This document shows, piece by piece, positions 56,283 to 64,000 of a stretch of DNA of 64,000 nucleotides. The position numbers and the translations under genes were made by a program. The notes under the pieces are model-generated. The model was not told the DNA's origin. It ran no database searches and worked only from the letters and a program-made list of their open reading frames with translations. This DNA comes from Hyalangium minutum (lineage in GTDB: Bacteria; Myxococcota; Myxococcia; Myxococcales; Myxococcaceae). The first letter of the stretch is position 1, and each line of letters begins with the position of its first letter. Where the stretch lies: the NCBI RefSeq assembly GCF_000737315.1, contig NZ_JMCB01000022.1, positions 1-64,000 on the forward strand, in the 5' to 3' direction.

Positions 56283-57287
56283 TCAGTGCCGGGGCGGCGC
56301 CTGGAAGACGCGCAGCAGCAGCACGAGCGAGGGCACCACGGTCACCAGGCCCACGGCCAGCGCCACCATCAGCACGCGCAACACTCCGGGACTGGCCGCT
56401 GCGGACTGGACGGTGAGGTCCGGCACCACGAGGTACGGGTACTGTGACACGGCCCACCCCAGCACGATGAACCCCGCCTGCGCCGCCGCCGTCACACGGG
56501 CCAGCCGGAAGCGCCTGCGCCACAGCAGCGCGAACGTGGTCACCGCCGTCACCGCTGTGACTCCGTGCAACGCCAGCGCGGAGGGCGCGTGCAGCAGGCC
56601 CTCCCAGACACGGGAGGCTCCGTCCCTCGCGAACAGCAGCACGCCCAGCGCCGCGAGAAAGACCGCCACCCCCGAGGCCAGCGCCCGGCGCCGGAAGTCC
56701 TCGCGCAGCGGATCCGTGGTGGCCTCCGCCGTCAGGTACACGGCCGCGAGAAAGGCAAAGAGGCACAGCGCCAGCACGCCCACCGCCACGGCGAACGGCG
56801 TCAGCCACGAAGCGAAGAAGCCGCTCACCACCGCCCGGCCCTCCACGCGGATCTGCCCGCTCACCACCGCTCCCACGCACATGCCGAGCAGCAGCGGAGA
56901 GATGACACTGGCAATGCTGAACACCAGTCCCCAGCGCTTCTGCACCCGGTCTCCTCGCGCGTCGTAGGTGCGGAAGGTGAACGCGGTGCCCCGGAAGACA
57001 ATGCCGAGCAGCAGCAGCGTCAACGGGACATGCAGCGCCACGGTGAGCGCCGCGAAGGCCCGAGGGAAACCGCCGAACAGCAGCACGAGCCCTACGATGA
57101 GCCAGACATGGTTCACCTCCCACACCGGGCCCAGCGCCTTGGCGATGAGCTCGCGCTGCTCCGCCTTGCGAGGCCCTGCGGCGAGCAGGTCCCACACCCC
57201 GCCGCCGAAGTCCGCTCCGCCGAAGAGCGAGTAAAGGACGAATGTCCCCGCCACCGCCCCCGCGAGGATGAGCTCAGTGGGCATCAT
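56283..57287 (-). CDS. cydB: Cytochrome bd ubiquinol oxidase subunit II
   Basis: GADFGGGVW, PVWEVNHVWL, LLGIVFRG; many TM helices. Confidence 0.92.
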   Translation of the reverse strand: MMPTELILAGAVAGTFVLYSLFGGADFGGGVWDLLAAGPRKAEQRELIAKALGPVWEVNHVWLIVGLVLLFGGFPRAFAALTVALHVPLTLLLLGIVFRGTAFTFRTYDARGDRVQKRWGLVFSIASVISPLLLGMCVGAVVSGQIRVEGRAVVSGFFASWLTPFAVAVGVLALCLFAFLAAVYLTAEATTDPLREDFRRRALASGVAVFLAALGVLLFARDGASRVWEGLLHAPSALALHGVTAVTAVTTFALLWRRRFRLARVTAAAQAGFIVLGWAVSQYPYLVVPDLTVQSAAASPGVLRVLMVALAVGLVTVVPSLVLLLRVFQAPPRH

Positions 57288-58593
57288 CCGCCTCCCGGCC
57301 CGGCAGCGTCCCAGCCACCTGGCGCGCGAGCAGGAACGTCACCACCACGCCCAGGAAGAGGTACACGAGCGTGAAGGTCCAGAACGGCGCGGCCAGGTGT
57401 GGCACCGGCGTCACCGCCTCGGCCGTGCGCATCACCCCGTGGAGGATCCATGGCTGCCGTCCCCACTCGGTGACGAGCCAGCCCGCCTCCAGCGCCAGCA
57501 GCCCCAGCGGCGACGCCCACAGCCATGCCCGCATCATCCACCGGCTCGCAGGCCACTCGCGCTTGCGCCAGCGCAGCAGCAGCGTCACCACGGACAACAG
57601 GGCCATCGCGCTGCCCGCCCCCACCATCACCTGGAAGGACACGTGCACCTTCGCCACCGGAGGCCAGTCCTCTCGGGGGAACTCCTTCAAGCCCCTCACC
57701 TCGGCGTCCGGATCTCCGAACGCCAGGATGGACAGCCCCTTGGGGATATCCAACGCGTACGGCGTGGTGGCCGTCTCCACATCCGGCAGCCCGCCCAGCC
57801 GCAGCGGTGCACCCCGCTCCGTGTCGAAGTGTCCTTCCATCGCAGCCAGCTTCACCGGCTGCTCCTTCGCGGTGTGCTTCGCCAGGAAGTCTCCCACCAG
57901 CGGCTGCAGGAGCGCGGTGAGGCATGCCACCGGCAGCGCCACCGACAGCGCCTTGCGGTGGAACCCCGAGCCCGGGTGCTTGAGCAGCACGAAGGCGTGG
58001 ATGCCCGCCATCGCGAAGGCGCTCGCTTGGTAGCACGAGATGAGCACGTGGACCGTCTGGTACTTCCACCCCGAGCTGAACATCGCCGCCAGCGGCTCGA
58101 TGTTCATCGGCCCCACCGCTGTGGGCGTGAAGCCGGAAGGGTCGTTCATGAAGACGTTGACCAGCGTGACGAAGAAGGCGCTCGCCGCGCCGCTCAGCGC
58201 CACCATCACTCCCGAGAACAGGTGGAGCCCCGGAGATACCCGCTCCCGTCCATACAGGTAGATGCCCAGAAAGATGGCCTCGGTGAAGAAGGCCACGCCC
58301 TCCAATGCGAAGGGCAGCCCAATCACTTCACCGTATTGCCCCATGAACTCGGGCCAGAGCAGGCCCAGCTCGAACGAGAGCACCGTGCCGCTCACCGCCC
58401 CGACCGCGAACAGGATGGCCGTGCCCTTGGCCAACTTCTGGCTCAAAAGCCGGTAGTCCGCGTCGCCCGTGCGCCGCGCCTTCCAGTCGCTGATCACCAT
58501 CAGCACCGGCAGCGCCACCCCCGCGGCGGCGAAGACGATGTGGAACGCCAGCGACAGCCCCATCTGGGCCCGCGCATAGAGCAGATCCGTCAC
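57274..58593 (-). CDS. cydA: Cytochrome bd ubiquinol oxidase subunit I (short Q-loop)
   Basis: ARAQM...FHIVF, GTVLSFELG, EGVAFFTE, QPVKLAAMEG and GWLVTEWGRQPW. Confidence 0.93.
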   Translation of the reverse strand: MTDLLYARAQMGLSLAFHIVFAAAGVALPVLMVISDWKARRTGDADYRLLSQKLAKGTAILFAVGAVSGTVLSFELGLLWPEFMGQYGEVIGLPFALEGVAFFTEAIFLGIYLYGRERVSPGLHLFSGVMVALSGAASAFFVTLVNVFMNDPSGFTPTAVGPMNIEPLAAMFSSGWKYQTVHVLISCYQASAFAMAGIHAFVLLKHPGSGFHRKALSVALPVACLTALLQPLVGDFLAKHTAKEQPVKLAAMEGHFDTERGAPLRLGGLPDVETATTPYALDIPKGLSILAFGDPDAEVRGLKEFPREDWPPVAKVHVSFQVMVGAGSAMALLSVVTLLLRWRKREWPASRWMMRAWLWASPLGLLALEAGWLVTEWGRQPWILHGVMRTAEAVTPVPHLAAPFWTFTLVYLFLGVVVTFLLARQVAGTLPGREADDAH

Positions 58594-58638
58594 GTGGATG
58601 AGTCTGCTTTATGCGCGATCTTTAAGCAATTAAAACAA

Positions 58639-59103
58639 CTACTGAGCCTTCTGAGGCTCGGTGCGGTTTCTGGGCACGAGCGACTGGACCGAGTTCTTCG
58701 CGATGTTCGTGGCCAGCGCGGTGGCGAAGATGAGGATGAGCTTGCGGCCCAGTTCCACCGGCAGCGGCCGCTCCTCGGCGGAGGAGGCCACGCGGTCCGG
58801 GTGCTGCCACGCCCGCTCCAGGGCCTTCAGCCGGTGCCGCGCGAGGATCTGCTCGCGGTGGCGCGCACGCCAGATGGCCACGCCCACGCCGATGCCCGTC
58901 AGCACCGCCGCGGTGATGGCCACGCCGACAAGCAGGTCCTGGTGCCGCGTGGCCTGGTAGCGCACGTCCAGCACCCGCTCCCGGCGCCGCTCCAGTTCCT
59001 CCAGCGTCAGCAGCAGCTCGTCGCGGATGCGATCCGCCGTGCGCTCGACCTGCTCGCGGTCGCTCAGGCCCTTGGTGATGTGCGTCTTGTCCCCGGCGTT
59101 CAT
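58639..59103 (-). CDS. Hypothetical membrane-anchored protein (DUF3618/YqjK-like)
   Basis: Start reassigned to ATG 59103 overlapping the upstream stop; QVERTADRIRDELLLTLEEL coiled coil plus one TM. Confidence 0.65.
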   Translation of the reverse strand: MNAGDKTHITKGLSDREQVERTADRIRDELLLTLEELERRRERVLDVRYQATRHQDLLVGVAITAAVLTGIGVGVAIWRARHREQILARHRLKALERAWQHPDRVASSAEERPLPVELGRKLILIFATALATNIAKNSVQSLVPRNRTEPQKAQ

Positions 59104-59504
59104 TGCAGACTCTCCCGTGCCAGGTCGAAGTCCGCCTTGAGACGCTCCTGGGTGTGAGGCAGCGGCTTCTTGGGCAGCCGCTTCACCCCGAACCAGCCCA
59201 GCCCGCCCGCGATGAGCAGGACGGCCACCCCCACCAGCAGCACCCCGAGCCACGAGCTCAGCGGCAGCGCCAGACCGATGGCCACGAAGAGGGCCGCCAG
59301 GCCACACAGGGCCAGCGTGAAGCCCACGCCCAGCAAGATGCCGCTGGTGCGCGCGGCCTTCACCTCGTCGCGCAGCTCCTTCTTGGCGTGCAGCAGCTCC
59401 GCTTTGACGAGCAGCTTCGTCTCGGCGAGGGCATGCCGGACCAGCTCGGCGGTACTCAGGGTCTCCAGTTGGCTTCGCTCCAGCCGCTCCGATTCGAGTT
59501 CCAC
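59100..59504 (-). CDS. Phage-holin-family (holin-X/YqjE-like) membrane protein
   Basis: GTG 59504 with GGAGG RBS; ELVRHALAETKLLVKAELLHAKKEL, two TM helices, LPHTQERLKAD. Confidence 0.8.
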   Translation of the reverse strand: MELESERLERSQLETLSTAELVRHALAETKLLVKAELLHAKKELRDEVKAARTSGILLGVGFTLALCGLAALFVAIGLALPLSSWLGVLLVGVAVLLIAGGLGWFGVKRLPKKPLPHTQERLKADFDLARESLQ

Positions 59505-59690
59505 GTCTCCGCCTCCGGACTCCAGAGGCCCGGGCGTGCGCCTCGCACGCACCCGCTGCCCCTGCTCTGGCTGAAGGTGGGCAGGGGTCTTCCTGCGGTG
59601 AAGTTCCTCCGTGGATGCGAACCCCTGTCCGCCTGCCTGCCCTCCGGCTAGCAGGGGAAATCCCCCGGCTTTCGTCCAGGAAGCAGCGCG

Positions 59691-62279
59691 TCAGGGCGGA
59701 GGCGGCGTGGCCGAGACGGGAGGAGCCACCTCCGCCAGGGCAGCCTCGAGGGACTCTCCGCCTCGAACCACCCGCGCCAGCCGGCCCGAGGCGTCGTAGA
59801 GCAGCACCGTGGGGAGGGCAAGCTGGCCGCCAGGAGAGAGCGGATCCGCCACCTCGGGCATCAGCGCCGCCACCGGGTAGCCGATGCCCATCTTCGTGGC
59901 CTCGGCCTGGGCCTGCTCAGGCGGGTGGGCCGCCAAGCCGCGCACCTGCCACCGGCCTTCTTGCGCCAGCTTGCTCAGGACGGGCACCTCCTTGAGGCAG
60001 GGCTTGCACCACGAGGCGAACAGCTGCACCGCAGTGGGCCGGCCATCCTTCGTGCCGCCCGCCTGCTCCAGGCTCAGGGGCAGCTTGGGCACGGGCGCGC
60101 GAGGCGGGCGGGCCGCGAACGCGGTGGAGTCCTTGGCTCCGCCCTCCGTGAGTGCCCACCGGCGGCCTGCCTGAAGCGCCCCGAAGGACTCGGTCACGCC
60201 CGGCCGCCACGTCACCTCGACTTCGGCCTGCGTCTCCGTCCCGAGCCCCACGTGGATGGTGGGGTCCACCGAGCTCACATACCCGCGCGTCAGCAGCACG
60301 GGGAACGCCCGGAGGCCCGCGGCCGTCTTCACCTTCACCGTGGCCGTGCTCGCCTCGGGGTCTCCCTTCGTGGCGCGCAGCCGCAGCTCCATGGAGTTAC
60401 CGGGGACGCCCTCATTCACGAAGAGCTGCAAGCGCGGCTTGGCGCGGTTGAGCATGAGCAGCTCCTGGTGCCCATCCCCATCGAGGTCCTGCGCCACCAG
60501 GGCCCGGCCATCCGCGCGGGACTCGAAGCCGTCCGAGAAGGCGCACTCCTCGAAGGTGCCATCCTCCCGCTGCAGCCAGAGCTTCTTGGGCTCCCAGCCG
60601 GAGAAGGACTGCTCGAAGCCCGTCTGCCCCACCTTCTTCAGTGGCGAGGGCCCCACGGACTGCACCGACGCGTACGGAGCCGTCGCGACCGCCGGGTTAT
60701 TGCGGCCGATGGACTTCTTTTCGAGTGCGAGCGCCAGGACCTGGCGCCAGTAGACACTTCAAAGGTCTTTTCGATTGGGCGCGCTGTAGAAGCCATTCGC
60801 GACGGCGAGGTCCAACCTCCCATCGTCGTCCGCGTCGAGGAAGATGGCGCCAAAGGCCCACAAGCCCCGGTTGACGCCTCGGGCGCGGGCCACCTCGTCG
60901 AAGCCGCCGTCCGCACGCGCCAGGTAGAGCGTGTTGCCGGCGGCGAACTTGTCCAGCCGGGCCTTCAGCTTGGGGTCCACCTGGGTGGCGGCCAGCACGC
61001 GGGTGCCCGCCTTGGAGAACATGTTGGCGACATAGAGGTCCAACCGGCCATCGCCGTTCACGTCGCCCACGTCGGCGCTCATACCGTTGCCGGGGTCCCT
61101 CAGACCGTGCGCGTCCGTCACGTCCCGAGGTGTTCCACCCTCCTCGAAGCGCCACAGGTCGTTGTCGCCAAAGTCGTTGGCCACGTAGATCTGCGGCCGG
61201 CCCTCTCCAAGCAGATCCCCCGCGACGGCCGCGAGTCCCCAGCGCCGGTGCAGCTCGGCCTTGGGCGGCGACACTTCTTGGAAGGTGAAGTCTCCCATGC
61301 CCCGGAAGAAGCGAGCCGGACGCCCATCCCGCGCATCGAGGAAGTTGTCCGGGCCGAACTTCATCGGGTAGTGCAGGAGCACCAGGTCGAGCTTGCCGTC
61401 CCCATCGAAGTCCGTGACGAGCGAGGCGTGCGAGTTGGCAGGCGGGAGCTTCGTGGGAATCGCGGTGAAGGTCCCCGCGTCGTTGCGGAGCACCACGGGC
61501 ACCGAGTCCGCGTTCCACGCCGTCTGGGTGGTGGCGATGACGTCCGGGTCGCCATCCGCGTCGAAGTCCCCCGCGGCCAGCGAGGAGAACCAGGCGCCCT
61601 TGGGCGGCGCCACGCTCAAGCGCGTGCGCTCGTAGTGGAGCGGCTCCTTGCCACGGAACAGGTAGAGGGCGCGAGGGTCCGCGAACAGGACCTCCTGGAT
61701 GCCATCTCCATTGAAGTCGCGCACCGCGAGGGCGCCGCTGTTCATCGCCGCCTGCATGCCCGCGGCCTCACCGTCGGCCTCGGCCGGGACCACCAGCCCC
61801 GCGCTCTCCGCGCGCTCGACGAAGCGAGGCTCGGGCCGGATGGACTCGGTCCTCCAGGCGGGCTCGACCTTCTCCAGCCTCCAGGCATCCGCGCGGGGAC
61901 GGCTCAGGGTGGCGGCCGCCTCGCCTCGGATGGACTGGCGCGCACCCTCCCGGTTCACCCCATCCAGCTCGAAGAGGAGACGGATGGTGGCGCTCTGAGC
62001 GGTGGGCTCGAAGGCGAGCGCACGCACGCTGCACCCGGAGATCCACACGAACGTCTCGGTGGGGAGCTGCACGCCGGGCGCGGCCACCTCCTCCGAGAAA
62101 GAGAAGCGGCCCTGCTTGATGGGGGTGCACAGCCGGGTGTCGAAGAACGACTCCAGTGAGTCCTGCAGCGCCTCGCGTGTGTCCAGCTGGTGGATCACCT
62201 TGTACGAGCCCCGCTCCGAAGCACCGGAAGCAGGCGACACGGTGAGACTCAACAGGGCTACCAGTCCGAAGGACTTCAT
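59691..62279 (-). CDS. Candidate selenoprotein (862 aa, Sec507): signal peptide, FG-GAP/VCBS propeller, ASPIC/UnbV domain, TlpA-like redoxin
   Basis: ORFs 60759..62279 and 59691..60665 are in the same frame, separated by TGA plus 31 sense codons. DFNGDG/DFDADG/DVNGDG repeats; SFSGWE, RGYVSS, WCKPC; SECIS-like hairpin after the TGA. Confidence 0.75.
60731..60761 (-). other. In-frame UGA plus bacterial SECIS-like stem-loop
   Basis: Minus strand: TGA AGTGTCTACTG GCGCCAG-GTC-CTGGCGC; 11-nt spacer, 7-bp stem, G-first loop. Confidence 0.75.
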
Positions 62280-62322
62280 CTAAGAGTGAACCCTAGCACA
62301 CTTCCGCTCTATCCTTGGATCC

Positions 62323-63135
62323 ATGAGCGACCCCAGGCGTCTTCTGCCCGTATGGCTGGTTGCGGGACTGCTGGCCGTTGGAGTGCTGCCGCGTCCCGCC
62401 GATGCACAAGGAGCACGAAGCAAGTTCGAGCGTCACCTCACCGCGGCAGCCCGGCTCTACGAAGCCCTGGAGTACGAGCGCGCCCTCACGCAGATCGAGC
62501 TCGCGCGCAAGCAGCCGCACAGCTCGGATCAAGAGGTGGAGCTGTCCCTCTACGAGGGCATCATCCTCGCCGAGTCCGGCAAGCAGGAGTCCAGCACCGC
62601 CGCGTTCAAGTCGGCGCTCCTCGTGCAGCCGGACGCGAAGCTGCCCGTGAAGGTCTCTCCGAAGGTGAACACCTTCTTCGAGTCCGTCCGCGAACAGGTG
62701 AAGCGCGAGCTGGCCGCCTTGGCTCCCAAGGAGCCGCCCAAGGCCGAGCCGCCGCCACCGCAACCCGTGGCCGCGCCCCCTGCAGCCGTGGCCACCCAGA
62801 GCCCCGTGCTGAAGGGTCTGCGCAGCGCCGCGCCCGTCACCGCCATCGCTGGGGGCACCCTGTTCGTGGCGGGTGGAATCACCTACGCGCTCTCTCGGAG
62901 CGAGCTGGGGCGCCTGCGCGACAATGACGCGGCCCTCGACAGCCAGGAGGCCGTGGACAAGACGGTGTCGAAGGGCCGCACCTTGCAGACGGTGGGCGTG
63001 GGGCTCGCGGTCGCAGGCACCGCGGGGCTGCTCGCCGCGGCGGGAGGCTTCCTGCTGGGCTCGCCAGAAGCGCCCGTGGCGGTGGGGCTGGGGACGGACG
63101 GGACATCCGCATTCGTGTTCGGGAGGTGGCCATGA
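62323..63135 (+). CDS. Exported TPR-like protein with Pro linker and C-terminal hydrophobic segments
   Basis: Signal peptide; [15 protein letters not shown]..., [21 protein letters not shown]; common myxobacterial architecture. Confidence 0.7.
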   Translation: MSDPRRLLPVWLVAGLLAVGVLPRPADAQGARSKFERHLTAAARLYEALEYERALTQIELARKQPHSSDQEVELSLYEGIILAESGKQESSTAAFKSALLVQPDAKLPVKVSPKVNTFFESVREQVKRELAALAPKEPPKAEPPPPQPVAAPPAAVATQSPVLKGLRSAAPVTAIAGGTLFVAGGITYALSRSELGRLRDNDAALDSQEAVDKTVSKGRTLQTVGVGLAVAGTAGLLAAAGGFLLGSPEAPVAVGLGTDGTSAFVFGRWP

Positions 63136-64000
63136 GCGCCGTGAATCAGCGTAGGAGCATTCAAGCCGTGCGGTTCGCGGCAGGGCTCCTGCTCGCCAGT
63201 GTCCTCGGGTGCGCGGACTTCGATGCGGAGGGCAAGGCCTACTGCGAGCGCAACCCCGCCAACTGCAACCCGGACAAGACGCCTCCCACCTTCACCGGGA
63301 GCGAGCAGTCCGCCGCCCGCGTCCTCGGGCCGCAAACGGTGACCTTGAGCGTCACGGCGCAGGATGCGGAGACCCAGCAGCTCCACTTCACGTGGACGGC
63401 CAGCGCGGGCACGCTCGGGGAGCCGGCCCATACGAACACGGCGAGCCAGATCACCTGGACCTCTCCCCCCTGTCTGCCTTCCGGCAACTCCGTGACCCTC
63501 TCCGTGACCGTGACGGATGACGGCGGCTTCACGGCCCAGAAGGACTTCACCCTCTCCATCAACCCCTGCCCCACCCCCACCGTGTCCGCAGGCGACAGCC
63601 ACTCGCTGGCCCTGCGCGCCGATGGCACGCTCCTGGCCTGGGGATCCAACGACTCTGGCCGGCTGGGGCTGGGCTCGCCCATCGCCCTCTCCGCCACCCC
63701 GACGAAGGTCCCCGGGCTGAACGCGCTCACGGCCGTGTCAGCGGGCGACCTCTTCTCGCTGGCCCTGCGTGCCGATGGCACCGTCTGGGCCTGGGGCTAC
63801 AACTTCAGCGGTATCCTTGGCGTGGGGGCCACCTCCGACTTCGTCGCGACCCCGACGATGGTGCCCAACCTGACGGACGTGAAGGCAGTGGACGCAGGCG
63901 CGACCCACTCTCTGGCCCTGGCCAGCGACGGCACCGTCTGGGCCTGGGGCTTCAACGATTACGGCCAGCTCGGGGACGGCACCACCACCCTCCGCAGTGC
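63132..64000 (+). CDS. Lipoprotein with Ig/PKD-like domain and RCC1 repeats, 3' end outside the window
   Basis: ATG 63132 (ATGA overlap); lipobox VLGC; repeats [28 protein letters not shown] and [21 protein letters not shown]. Absent from the ORF track because it has no stop in the window. Confidence 0.88.
   Translation, partial: MSAVNQRRSIQAVRFAAGLLLASVLGCADFDAEGKAYCERNPANCNPDKTPPTFTGSEQSAARVLGPQTVTLSVTAQDAETQQLHFTWTASAGTLGEPAHTNTASQITWTSPPCLPSGNSVTLSVTVTDDGGFTAQKDFTLSINPCPTPTVSAGDSHSLALRADGTLLAWGSNDSGRLGLGSPIALSATPTKVPGLNALTAVSAGDLFSLALRADGTVWAWGYNFSGILGVGATSDFVATPTMVPNLTDVKAVDAGATHSLALASDGTVWAWGFNDYGQLGDGTTTLRS

Noticed and set aside
58594-58640. AT-rich stretch upstream of cydA as an FNR/CRP box
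   Set aside because: TTGCTTAAAGATCG does not fit TTGAT-N4-ATCAA well enough; likely a promoter, but no specific site can be supported.
58639-59504. Holin-family gene as a sign of a prophage
   Set aside because: Holin-X/YqjE-like plus DUF3618-like pairs are ordinary chromosomal membrane genes; no endolysin, structural or integrase genes nearby.
59691-60665. Stand-alone 324-aa ASPIC/UnbV-redoxin gene as listed in the ORF track
   Set aside because: No RBS or signal peptide, and the frame continues upstream to a single TGA with a SECIS-like hairpin; treated as the C-terminal part of the longer gene.
1-64000. tRNA, rRNA, IS elements or integrases
   Set aside because: None recognised by eye; small structured RNAs in intergenic regions cannot be excluded without Infernal or tRNAscan.

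Overview
High-GC chromosomal segment from a myxobacterium (inferred Cystobacterineae, from the traAB locus, codon style and gene families). About 47 protein-coding genes; no rRNA, tRNA, CRISPR array, integrase or transposase was recognised. Core or recognisable content: pgi, cydAB, a GreA/GreB factor, the traA-traB outer-membrane-exchange kin-recognition pair, a multi-module GH119/GH57-like starch hydrolase, two class III cyclases, three Ser/Thr kinases (two are tandem kinase/cyclase/ATPase fusions, one truncated), a RelE/ParE-type toxin-antitoxin pair and three tandem XRE regulators. The strongest unexplained signal is at 59691-62279 (-). Two annotated ORFs (FG-GAP propeller; ASPIC/UnbV plus CxxC redoxin) are one reading frame interrupted by a single in-frame TGA (60759-60761). 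That TGA is followed, after an 11-nt spacer, by a 17-nt GCGCCAG-GUC-CUGGCGC hairpin closely matching the E. coli fdhF SECIS geometry, making this a candidate 862-aa exported selenoprotein. Other notable items: a translationally coupled proteasome-beta-like Ntn hydrolase plus Zn-phospholipase C operon, and an unannotated 57-aa secreted 7-Cys peptide coupled to a Cys-rich protein next to traAB. All family assignments are from motif recognition by eye, not database searches.
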